Origin: an uncultured Actinomycetota bacterium
GTDB taxonomy: Bacteria > Actinomycetota > Actinomycetes > Propionibacteriales > Nocardioidaceae
DNA: 64,000 bases
Assembly (NCBI GenBank): GCA_963745245.1
Contig: CAVUWU010000004.1
Location: 25,363 to 89,362 of the forward strand
Direction of reading: 5' to 3'
The position numbers and the translations under genes were made by a program. Position 1 is the first letter of the stretch, and each line of letters opens with the position of its first letter. Below are positions 1 to 7,998 of the stretch, piece by piece. The notes below the pieces were generated by a model. It did not search any database, was not told the origin of the DNA, and worked only from the letters and a program-made list of their open reading frames with translations.

Positions 1-339
1 CCGCCGGTTCTCCACGTCGAGGGAGACCAGCCGGTTGCAGTGCCGCGAGAAGTCGATGACGACCGCAGTGTTCGTGCACTGGCCCGCCAGGCTCGTCCCG
101 CCCCCGCGGCTGACGACCGGGGCCTGGTGCTCGCGACAGACCGCCACAGCCTCGGCTGCCGCGTCGACGGTCCGTGGCAGCACCACGCCGAGGGGCACCT
201 GCCGGTAGTTCGAGGCATCGGTTGACCATGCGGAGCGCGCCTGGTCGTCGAAGCGGATCTCACCGTCCACCCGACTTCGGAGGTCCTCCGCGAGGCCGGT
301 GGCCGGGCCGTGCACGAGCTGCGTCCGCAACGACGTCAC
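1..339 (-). CDS. FAD-binding oxidoreductase (FAD-linked oxidase, GlcD-like), N-terminal 113 codons only; gene continues past the left edge
   Basis: Absent from the ORF track because it is open at the edge. Manual reverse translation from GTG at 339 gives VTSLRTQLVHGPATGLAEDLRSRVDGEIRFDDQARSAWSTDASNYRQVPLGVVLPRTVDAAAEAVAVCREHQAPVVSRGGGTSLAGQCTN..., a typical FAD_binding_4 N-terminus. The start lies 5 nt after the stop of the upstream SDR gene. Confidence 0.7.
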   Translation of the reverse strand, partial: MTSLRTQLVHGPATGLAEDLRSRVDGEIRFDDQARSAWSTDASNYRQVPLGVVLPRTVDAAAEAVAVCREHQAPVVSRGGGTSLAGQCTNTAVVIDFSRHCNRLVSLDVENRR

Positions 340-343
340 TGGC

Positions 344-1390
344 TCACCTCGCCTCCCAGCGCGACGGCTCGCGATGGCCCAGCGCCAATCCCGCAGCCAC
401 GGCGACGGCGCCGGCGGCCACGCCGGCGAGCAGGCCGTGGTGCTGGGAGGCCCACAGCTGCGGGGACCGAGACCAAGCCCGGTCGTCGAAAGCGCCGTGG
501 GCGCCGAAGTCCCGTCCTTGGGGACCGTCGGCAGGCTCCCACAGGTTCACCGGCTGGTCGGGGTCGCGGCGCTCGTCAGTCTGTTGCGAGTCGAAGCCCG
601 TCTTCGCCAGGTAGCGATCCAGCAGGCCGGGGGCGATCGCATTGACGAGCAGGGTGCCCAGCGTGCTCTCGCCCACCCAGTACTCCCGCCGCTTCGGGTG
701 GTCCGCGGCGTACACGATGGCCTTGGCTGCGACCTCCGGCTGGTAGATGGGCGGCACCGGCTGGGCCTTGCGCGGGAGCCGGGACAGGACCCAGGAGAAC
801 TGCGGGGTGTTCAGCGCCGGCATCTGCACCATCGTCACGTGCACGTTGCTCTGGTCATGCAGCAGTTCGGTGCGCAGCGACTCGTGGAAGCCCTGCACGG
901 CGTGGCGGGAGCCGCAGTAGGCGCTCTGCAGCGGGATGCCGCGGTAGGCCAGCGTCGAGCCGACCTGCACGATCGCCCCGCGGTCTCGGGGCAGCATCCG
1001 CTTCAGCGCTGCTCGGGTGCCGTGGACGTAGCCGTGGTAGTTCACGTCGGTCACCCGCTCGAACTCGTCGGGCTCGATGTCGACGAACCGGGCGAACACC
1101 GAGGTGAACGCGACGTTCACCCACACGTCGATGGCGCCGAGCTGATGCTCGACCCGGTCGGCGGCGTCCTCGACGGCCGTCGCGTCGGAGGTGTCGACCG
1201 GTATCGCCATCGCGGTGCCGCCGGCTGCCTCCACGTCGGCGGCCGCGGCGTCCAGACCGGTCGTGCCGCGGGCCAGAAGCGCGACCTTGTCACCGCGTCG
1301 GCCGAAGGCCCTCGCCGAGGCCCGGCCGATCCCACCGCTGGCGCCGGTCACCACGACGACGCGTGCGGTGCTGTCGCTCGTCCGGGTCAT
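344..1390 (-). CDS. SDR-family oxidoreductase with about 100-aa C-terminal extension ending in a hydrophobic helix (348 aa)
   Basis: Lies inside ORF 344..1837(-). Start ATG 1390 chosen (MTRTSDSTARVVVVTGASGGIGRA). Has the TGxxxGIG Rossmann motif and Ser-X12-Tyr spacing. The catalytic motif reads YCGSR (Tyr 917..919, Arg 905..907), not YxxxK. Tail is ...LLAGVAAGAVAVAAGLALG. The upstream 149 codons of the ORF show no SDR similarity. Confidence 0.85.
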   Translation of the reverse strand: MTRTSDSTARVVVVTGASGGIGRASARAFGRRGDKVALLARGTTGLDAAAADVEAAGGTAMAIPVDTSDATAVEDAADRVEHQLGAIDVWVNVAFTSVFARFVDIEPDEFERVTDVNYHGYVHGTRAALKRMLPRDRGAIVQVGSTLAYRGIPLQSAYCGSRHAVQGFHESLRTELLHDQSNVHVTMVQMPALNTPQFSWVLSRLPRKAQPVPPIYQPEVAAKAIVYAADHPKRREYWVGESTLGTLLVNAIAPGLLDRYLAKTGFDSQQTDERRDPDQPVNLWEPADGPQGRDFGAHGAFDDRAWSRSPQLWASQHHGLLAGVAAGAVAVAAGLALGHREPSRWEAR

Positions 1391-1621
1391 GGTGATGCCG
1401 TCCTCTCGGTCTCGGTGTTCTCCTCCAGTGCCTGGGCCGGCCGGACCGGCGCCCCCTCGGCATGAGGTGGGCTCTCGCATCGCCTCTGCGGCCAGAAGCG
1501 CATACGTGAGAGCTTCCCGATGGGCGTGGAGGATATGCATCCGGGACGGAACTTTCTTGACACTCCCAAGCAGTTGTCGGCGACGTGGGGTCCTCCCGCC
1601 TGGCATGCCACGCTGGGGGCC

Positions 1622-1963
1622 ATGGCGTACGACGAGGACCTGGCCGAGCGAGTCCATCAGGTGCTGGCCGGCGAGCCCGGACTCACCCAGCGGCGCATGT
1701 TCGGCGGCATCGGTTTCATGCTCGAGGGCCACATGGCGGTCGGTGTCAGCGGTCAAGGGGGACTCATGCTGCGGGTTGCGCACGACCAGACCGAGGAGCT
1801 TCTCGCCGAGCCGGAGGCAGAGCCGTTCGGGATGCATGGGCGACCGGCGAAGGGCTGGTTGCGAATCCTGGAAAGCGGGGTGGCCAACGCTGAGGACCTG
1901 GAGCGCTGGGTGGCCGTGGGCGTGGACTACGTCCGCACCTTGCCGCCGAAGGAGCGCCCATGA
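1622..1963 (+). CDS. TfoX/Sxy N-terminal-domain family protein (113 aa)
   Basis: Lies in ORF 1520..1963. Start ATG 1622 gives MAYDEDLAERVHQVL...RRMFGGIGFMLEGHMAVGV...LMLRV, the characteristic TfoX_N pattern. Confidence 0.75.
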   Translation: MAYDEDLAERVHQVLAGEPGLTQRRMFGGIGFMLEGHMAVGVSGQGGLMLRVAHDQTEELLAEPEAEPFGMHGRPAKGWLRILESGVANAEDLERWVAVGVDYVRTLPPKERP

Positions 1964-2739
1964 AGGTCACGGTGTGTCAGCTGGAGCCGGATCGAGCCCT
2001 GCGTGCCGACTACCTCTCCGGGCTGCGCGACCATGCGACGGCTCACGGCACGGACCTGGTGCTGCTTCCCGAGCTGCCGTTCTCTGCGTGGCTGGCGGCC
2101 GACCCTAAACCCGACGCCGCCCGGTGGGCGGACAGCGTCGCCGCGCACGGGCGGGCCGTTGCCGGGCTGGGCGATCTCGGGGCCCGCGCGGTGGTGGGAA
2201 CCCGTCCGGTCATGACCGGGGAGGGACGCCGCCGCAACCAGGCCTTCGTCTGGACAGACCGCACGGGTCGAGCCGAAGCGGTGCGAGACAAGCACTACCT
2301 GCCTGACGAGGAGGGCTACTGGGAGCGCAGCTGGTTCGAGCCCGGTGAACGGTCCTTCGACACCGCCCATGCAGGGGCGGCGGTGCTGGGGATCCAGATC
2401 TGCACCGAGATGTGGTTCCTGGAGTGGGCTCGCCACTATGCCGCCTCGGGCGTGGAGGTCCTGTGCATCCCCCGAGCCACGCCGCGCGGCACGACGGGCA
2501 AGTGGCTCGCGGGTGGACGCACGGCAGCGGTGTGCTCCGGTGCCTTCTGCCTGTCGTCGAATCAGTGGCACGCCCCCGGAGCCTCGCCGGCGGACTGCGG
2601 GGGCGTGGGCTGGGTGATCGACCCCGACGGTGAGGTCCTGGCCACCACGTCCGGCGACGAGCCGTTCGCCACTGTCCACATCGACCTCGACGAAGCCCGG
2701 CAAAGCAAGTCGACCTACCCCCGCTATGTGCGGGAATGA
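1960..2739 (+). CDS. carbon-nitrogen hydrolase (nitrilase superfamily)
   Basis: 259-aa ORF with a Glu-Lys-Cys triad context: LLPELPF, RDKHYLP, QICTEMWF. The ATG overlaps the TfoX stop (ATGA at 1960..1963). Confidence 0.85.
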   Translation: MKVTVCQLEPDRALRADYLSGLRDHATAHGTDLVLLPELPFSAWLAADPKPDAARWADSVAAHGRAVAGLGDLGARAVVGTRPVMTGEGRRRNQAFVWTDRTGRAEAVRDKHYLPDEEGYWERSWFEPGERSFDTAHAGAAVLGIQICTEMWFLEWARHYAASGVEVLCIPRATPRGTTGKWLAGGRTAAVCSGAFCLSSNQWHAPGASPADCGGVGWVIDPDGEVLATTSGDEPFATVHIDLDEARQSKSTYPRYVRE

Positions 2740-2808
2740 GCGCCTCCGGCAGCGATCCGAGAGCGCCTCTCTCCGCCAACAGGTCGGCGGCCAGGCGGGG
2801 CAGCGTGG

Positions 2809-4353
2809 TCAGTTCGAGGGCGGCGGGGGCGGAGCCGGCGCGCCCTGCGGCGGTGCCAGCTTCGCGTAGTTGCCCGCCGCGGCAGGGGTCGCGGAGGACG
2901 CCGGCGACGTCGCCGCGTCCCCGACGGGCGTCCGGTGGGGTGCGGGGTCCCAATGGGTGTCGACGACGCGCTTCTGCCAGACGATGGCGGCGCCGAGGAT
3001 CGCCAGTCCGATCAGCGCGATGACGACGATGCCGACGGCGTCGAGGCGGGCGGGGTAGCCGACCGCGATGCCGAGCCAGCCGAAGTCGGTGTCGCCGAAG
3101 GTGGTGTTCTCGCCGCCGAAGTCTCCGAGGACCTCCAGCAGGAGCGCCGGCAGGTAGGTGATCAGCAGGCCGTTGATGAGACCGCCCAGCGCCGCACCGC
3201 GCCGTCCGCCCGTGGCGTTGCCGTAGACCCCGGCGGCACCGCCGGTGAAGAAGTGAGGCACCAGGCCCGGCAGGATCAGCGCCAGGCCGAAGGCGGGGTT
3301 GAGCCACACCGAGAGGGTGAACAGCCCGATCAGGCCGCCGACGAAGCTGGAGATGAAGCCGATGAGGACCGCGTTCTGCGCGTAGGGGAAGACGATCGGC
3401 GCGTCCAGCGCGGGGATCGCCCCGGGGACCACCTTGTTGGCGATGCCCTGGAAAGCAGGAACGAGCTCGGCGAGGATGGTGCGGACGCCGAACAGGATGA
3501 CGGCCACGGCCACGCCGAACGCCAGGCCCTGGGTGACCGACTGCATCAGGTAGTCGCCGACGCCGGTCGCCCCGCCGGGGAAGGCCGTGAAGGCTTCCTC
3601 CTGGCCTTCGCGGGCGATGAAGAGGACCGCGAGGGTGACGTACATGATCACCATCGACAGCGCGGTCGCCACCATGGAGTCGCGCAGGAAGCGCAGGCCC
3701 TCGGGGAGCTTGACGTCCTCGGTCGAGCGGCTGTTGCGGCCGGCGACACTCCCGGCAGCGCCGGCAGCCACGTAGGCCAGGGTGCCGAAGTGGCCGATGG
3801 CGATGCTGTCGTCGCCGGTGATCCGGCGGGTGAAGGGGTGCGCGAAGGCCGGGAGCGAGACCATGACGATGCCGAGCAGGATGCCGCCGAGGCCGACCAC
3901 GATGAACCCCGAGTAGTCGGCCGACGCGAGGACGATCGTCAGCAGTGTGGACATGAACAGCATGTGGTGCCCGGTCAGGAACACATAGTGCAGCGGGGTG
4001 AACCGGGCCAGCAGCAGGCTGACCAGGAAGCCGAAGATCATCAGCCACGACACCTGCGCGCCGAACTCGGCCTGCGCGATGCCAACGATCGCCTCGTTTG
4101 TCGGGATCACGCCCTGCGCTCCCGTCGCGCCCAGGATCATCGCGCCGAGCGGGGCGAGCGAGGCGACGACCAGCGTCGCACCGGCCCCGATGAGCAGGAA
4201 GCCCAGCGTCGCCTTCACGGCACCGCCGATGATGGCGCCCGTCGACTTGCGCAGCGCGATCAGGCCGACGGCGGTGATGATGCCGATCAGGTAGGCGGGG
4301 ACGCTGAGGATCTCATTGACGAGGAAGTTGCCGAAGGCCGCGAGCCAGTCCAT
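2809..4353 (-). CDS. PTS ascorbate-family (SgaT/UlaA-type) EIIC permease with Pro/Ala-rich C-terminal tail
   Basis: 514-aa polytopic ORF. The N-terminus MDWLAAFGNFLVNEILSVPAYLIGIITAVGLIAL... and overall pattern are typical of UlaA/SgaT. A GGGAG RBS precedes ATG 4353. The last ~55 aa (..APPQGAPAPPPPPSN) lie beyond the usual family end. Confidence 0.85.
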   Translation of the reverse strand: MDWLAAFGNFLVNEILSVPAYLIGIITAVGLIALRKSTGAIIGGAVKATLGFLLIGAGATLVVASLAPLGAMILGATGAQGVIPTNEAIVGIAQAEFGAQVSWLMIFGFLVSLLLARFTPLHYVFLTGHHMLFMSTLLTIVLASADYSGFIVVGLGGILLGIVMVSLPAFAHPFTRRITGDDSIAIGHFGTLAYVAAGAAGSVAGRNSRSTEDVKLPEGLRFLRDSMVATALSMVIMYVTLAVLFIAREGQEEAFTAFPGGATGVGDYLMQSVTQGLAFGVAVAVILFGVRTILAELVPAFQGIANKVVPGAIPALDAPIVFPYAQNAVLIGFISSFVGGLIGLFTLSVWLNPAFGLALILPGLVPHFFTGGAAGVYGNATGGRRGAALGGLINGLLITYLPALLLEVLGDFGGENTTFGDTDFGWLGIAVGYPARLDAVGIVVIALIGLAILGAAIVWQKRVVDTHWDPAPHRTPVGDAATSPASSATPAAAGNYAKLAPPQGAPAPPPPPSN

Positions 4354-4367
4354 GTGTGCGGTCTCCC

Positions 4368-5216
4368 TCAGACGTCGTAGGACTCACGCAGGGCGTGGTC
4401 GATCTCGCTGGTGCTGGTGAAGTTCTCGATCACCTTCATCGGCACGCCGACGTCGCCGAGAGTGCGGGCGATCTCGCCGGAGGTGAAGATCAGGTCGAAC
4501 TCCTTGGCCTTTCCTCGCGCCGACACCGTGTCGGTCGCCTCGACATTGACGTAGCGACCCCAGCCCCACTCGTCGAGAACCTTCTCCAGGGTGTTCTTGA
4601 GGAACAGGCTCGTGCCGAGACCATTGCCGCAGACGGTCATGATCTTGTGCTGGCCCGACTTGCCCTGCGCCGCAGGCTGAGTCGCGGTCTCGGCCTTGGC
4701 CTTGGTGGTCGTGGTGCCGGTGGCCGTGGCGGTGGATGCCGAGGCTGCGGTCGAGCCGGCCGGGCTCTGACCTCCGCCCAGGAGCGCGTAGACCTCCTCG
4801 GGTGAGCTGGCCTCGTCCAGAGCGGCCTTCTTCTGCTTGTCCCCGATGATCACCGCGAGACCGGCCATGGCCTCACGGTGCGTGGTGCTGTCCGTGGCGG
4901 CCAGCGCGACCACCAGTGTCACCGGGTCGTTGGACTTGTGACCGAACTCGACGGGCGCTGCCAGCCGGACCCACGACATCCCGGTGCGCTTCACCGCCTC
5001 GGACGGACGAGCGTGAGCAAAGGCGAACCCGGGGGCCACCACGATGTAGGGGCCGTTCTCGTGGACGCTGTCGATCATGGACTGGGTGTACTCGGCCTCG
5101 GCGACGCCCGCGGACTCCAGGAGGCGCCCGGACGAGCGGATCGCCTCCTCCCAGTCGGCTGCGCTCTCGTCAAGGGCGATGGCGTCGACGCTGATCAGCT
5201 CGCTGAGGGCCGTCAT
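4368..5216 (-). CDS. fused PTS EIIA (PTS_EIIA_2 type) - EIIB (UlaB/SgaB type) protein
   Basis: Lies in ORF 4368..5297(-). The N-half MTALSELISVDAIALDESAADWEEAI...GFAFAHARP contains the EIIA-2 His region. A Thr/Ala-rich linker follows, then KIMTVCGNGLGTSLF, the EIIB phospho-Cys motif. Start ATG 5216 preferred; ATG 5228 and TTG 5297 are possible. Confidence 0.8.
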   Translation of the reverse strand: MTALSELISVDAIALDESAADWEEAIRSSGRLLESAGVAEAEYTQSMIDSVHENGPYIVVAPGFAFAHARPSEAVKRTGMSWVRLAAPVEFGHKSNDPVTLVVALAATDSTTHREAMAGLAVIIGDKQKKAALDEASSPEEVYALLGGGQSPAGSTAASASTATATGTTTTKAKAETATQPAAQGKSGQHKIMTVCGNGLGTSLFLKNTLEKVLDEWGWGRYVNVEATDTVSARGKAKEFDLIFTSGEIARTLGDVGVPMKVIENFTSTSEIDHALRESYDV

Positions 5217-5452
5217 GGGGGGGACCATAGTCCCGGGACCGGGAATGCACCAACGGTTGTCCGCGCCATCGGAGAGAAAGTTCTCGACTACTGACAAGTA
5301 ATCGCAGTCGGGGTGTGGTGCGGCTTACCCTCGCCAAGGCTTTCGCCTGCCACGGATACCGAGGATCCTGGCAGGAGTAGCCCTGCGTGGGCGCAGCGTC
5401 TGATAGCGAACGCTCACGAGCGCTTGACGACTCCTGAGAGGGGCCTTGCCCC

Positions 5453-6391
5453 ATGTACCAGCTCCAGATCGACCAGCTGACGAAGCGCTACGGCCACGAG
5501 ACCGTCGTTCACGACCTGTCGTTCACCGTGCAGCCCGGGAGGGTGACGGGATTCCTCGGCCCGAACGGAGCGGGCAAGTCGACGGTCATGAAAGTGCTGC
5601 TGGGCCTCGCGTCCGCGACGGCGGGCAACGCGACGATCGGCCAGCGGCGCTACCGCGACCTCGAAGACCCGCCGAGGACGGTGGGTGTCGTCCTCGAGCC
5701 CAACGCCTTCCACCCCGGGCGCAGCGCCCGCAACCACCTCAGAATTCTCGCCGACGGTGGTGGGTTCCCCCGTGCGCGCGTCGAGGAGATGCTGGAGGCC
5801 GTCGACCTGGCTCCGGTGGCCGACAGGCGTGCGGGCGCGTTCTCCCTGGGGATGAGGCAGCGGCTCAGCCTGGCGGCCGCGCTTCTCGGCGACCCGCCGG
5901 TGGTCGTCCTCGACGAGCCCGGAAACGGTCTCGACCCTCAAGGCATCCGCTGGCTGCGTGACCTGCTGCGCGGACGAGCCGAGACCGGCAGCACCGTCTT
6001 CGTCTCCAGCCACCTGCTCGCCGAGGTCGAGCACCTCGCCGACGACGTGGTGGTGATCAACAAGGGGCGCCTGGTCACCGCTGGGCCGCTTGCCGAGCTT
6101 CAGCAGGCGGGCACGACCGTCCGAACCCCGGCGCCCGCCGAGCTCGCCGAAGTGCTCGCCGACGCCGGGGCGGTGGTGCGCCCCGGTGCAGAGCGGTCGC
6201 TGGTGGTCCTCGGGATGGAGATCGGCGACATCGGTGACCGCGCGCTGGCCGCCGGAATCGCCCTGCACGAGCTCTCGCCGCAGACCGGCTCGCTGGAGGA
6301 CCTGTTCCTCGGCTGGACCGACAGCGAGGCGACCGTCCCGGACCCAGGCGGGTCCACCGGCAAGCGCCTCATCAAGGGAGCCTCGCGATGA
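5453..6391 (+). CDS. ABC transporter ATP-binding protein (ABC-2/DrrA-like exporter type)
   Basis: Walker A GPNGAGKST, signature FSLGMRQRL, Walker B VVVLDEP. Confidence 0.9.
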   Translation: MYQLQIDQLTKRYGHETVVHDLSFTVQPGRVTGFLGPNGAGKSTVMKVLLGLASATAGNATIGQRRYRDLEDPPRTVGVVLEPNAFHPGRSARNHLRILADGGGFPRARVEEMLEAVDLAPVADRRAGAFSLGMRQRLSLAAALLGDPPVVVLDEPGNGLDPQGIRWLRDLLRGRAETGSTVFVSSHLLAEVEHLADDVVVINKGRLVTAGPLAELQQAGTTVRTPAPAELAEVLADAGAVVRPGAERSLVVLGMEIGDIGDRALAAGIALHELSPQTGSLEDLFLGWTDSEATVPDPGGSTGKRLIKGASR

Positions 6392-7134
6392 CCTGGCTAC
6401 GACTCGTCAAGGGTGAGCTGCGCAAGCTGGTCACCACCAAGATGCTGTGGGGCTTCCTGGTGGCTCTGCTGCTGATCGCTGCGATCGACGCCTTCGCCGT
6501 GGTCTTCGGCACGGACATGGACGGCAGCAAGTCGTTCATCTCCACCGCCGAGGACCAGGTCTCGCTGATGGCCTTCGGCTTCAACGCGATGGTCGGCACC
6601 AGTCTGTTCGGCGCGATCGCCGTGGCGCGCGAGTACGGCCACTCCACCGTCGTCCCGATGTTCCTGACCTCACCGCGACGCCACCGCGCGGTGCTGGCTC
6701 AGCTGGCCGCCGTCCTGCTGGCCGGCGCAGCGCTGGGACTCGTCGGAGAGGCCATGATCGTGAGCGCCGTCGCGCTGTCGCTGCCGGCCACCGACTTCGC
6801 CTTCCTCGCCTCGGCCGGCGAGATCACCCGGCTTCTGGGCGCCTCCGCGGTTGCGGGGATGGCTGGGGCAGTCCTGGGCGCGGGCATCGGCTCGCTGGTC
6901 CGCAACCTCGGCGGAGCGGTCACCATCGCGGTGCTCCTGCTCTTCATCGCGCCCGGCCTGGTGGTGCAACTGGCCAGTGGTGCCGCCTCCTGGGTGCCGA
7001 CCACGGCGCTCAGCGTGCTCTCCGGGGTCACCGCGGAGGTCAGCGTCGGCGCCGCGCTGCTCGCCCTGGCCCTGTGGGCGGTGGTGCCGGCCGGCGCGGG
7101 CCTGCTAGCCGTCGAACGACGAGACGTCGTCTAG
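6388..7134 (+). CDS. ABC-2 type transporter permease
   Basis: 248-aa hydrophobic multi-TM ORF, ATGA-coupled (6388..6391) to the preceding ATPase. Confidence 0.8.
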   Translation: MTWLRLVKGELRKLVTTKMLWGFLVALLLIAAIDAFAVVFGTDMDGSKSFISTAEDQVSLMAFGFNAMVGTSLFGAIAVAREYGHSTVVPMFLTSPRRHRAVLAQLAAVLLAGAALGLVGEAMIVSAVALSLPATDFAFLASAGEITRLLGASAVAGMAGAVLGAGIGSLVRNLGGAVTIAVLLLFIAPGLVVQLASGAASWVPTTALSVLSGVTAEVSVGAALLALALWAVVPAGAGLLAVERRDVV

Positions 7135-7251
7135 CCGCGTGGGCCTGCGGCTCCGGGACCGACTAGGAGGGCAGCGTGGCCGCCGCGTCTCACAGGTGCC
7201 GCACAGGCGACACCCAGGCCGGTCGCCGTCTGGGCGCGCCATGCTGAGGGT

Positions 7252-7998
7252 GTGATGCACCAGGACGACCGCGACCCGCACGCGCTGGCTCGACCCGACG
7301 GCAGTCCTCCGCGCGTGCTGGTGGTCGATGACGAGGTCAACCTGGCCGAACTGCTAGCCATGGCCGTGCGCTACGAAGGCTGGCGGCCGAGTGTGGCGCA
7401 CACGGGCTCGAAGGCGGTGTCCCTGGCGAAGGCGGTCGACCCCGACGTCATCGTCCTCGACGTGATGCTTCCCGACTACGACGGCCTCGAGGTCCTGCGC
7501 CGCGTCCGCGGCGCTTTGCCCGACGTGCCGGTGCTGTTCCTCACCGCACGGGACGCCGTCGAGGACCGCATCGCCGGGCTGAGGGCGGGCGGGGACGACT
7601 ACGTGACCAAGCCGTTCAGCCTGGAGGAGGTCATCGCCCGGCTGCGAGGGCTGATGCGCCGGGCGGGTGCGGCCAGCCGTTGGCATGACGCCGTGCTGGC
7701 CGTGGGCGACCTGACCCTCGATGAGGACAGCCACGAGGTGGTCCGGGCGGGGGAGAGCATCCAGGTCACCGCCACCGAGTTCGAGCTGCTCCGCTTCCTC
7801 ATGCGCAACCCTCGGCGAGTGCTGTCCAAGGCGCAGATCCTCGACCGCGTCTGGGACTACGACTTCGGCGGCCAGGCCAACATCGTCGAGCTCTACATCT
7901 CCTATCTGCGCAAGAAGATCGACGCCGGGCGCGAGCCGATGATCCACACCGTCCGGGGGGCCGGCTACGTGCTCAAGCCGGCCGCCGCCCGTGGCTAG
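7252..7998 (+). CDS. OmpR/PhoB-family response regulator
   Basis: REC domain (VLVVDDE..., DVIVLDVMLPDYDG, KPF) plus winged-helix output (LTATEFELLRFLMRNPRRVLSKAQILDRVW...VRGAGY). GTG 7252 or ATG 7255. Confidence 0.9.
   Translation: MMHQDDRDPHALARPDGSPPRVLVVDDEVNLAELLAMAVRYEGWRPSVAHTGSKAVSLAKAVDPDVIVLDVMLPDYDGLEVLRRVRGALPDVPVLFLTARDAVEDRIAGLRAGGDDYVTKPFSLEEVIARLRGLMRRAGAASRWHDAVLAVGDLTLDEDSHEVVRAGESIQVTATEFELLRFLMRNPRRVLSKAQILDRVWDYDFGGQANIVELYISYLRKKIDAGREPMIHTVRGAGYVLKPAAARG

Noticed and set aside
2210-4048. 612-aa ORF on the minus strand overlapping the nitrilase and PTS IIC genes
   Set aside because: The translation is Arg/Pro/Gly/His-rich low-complexity sequence with no family resemblance. 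It lies out of frame over the well-supported UlaA-like gene, as is typical of shadow ORFs in very GC-rich DNA.
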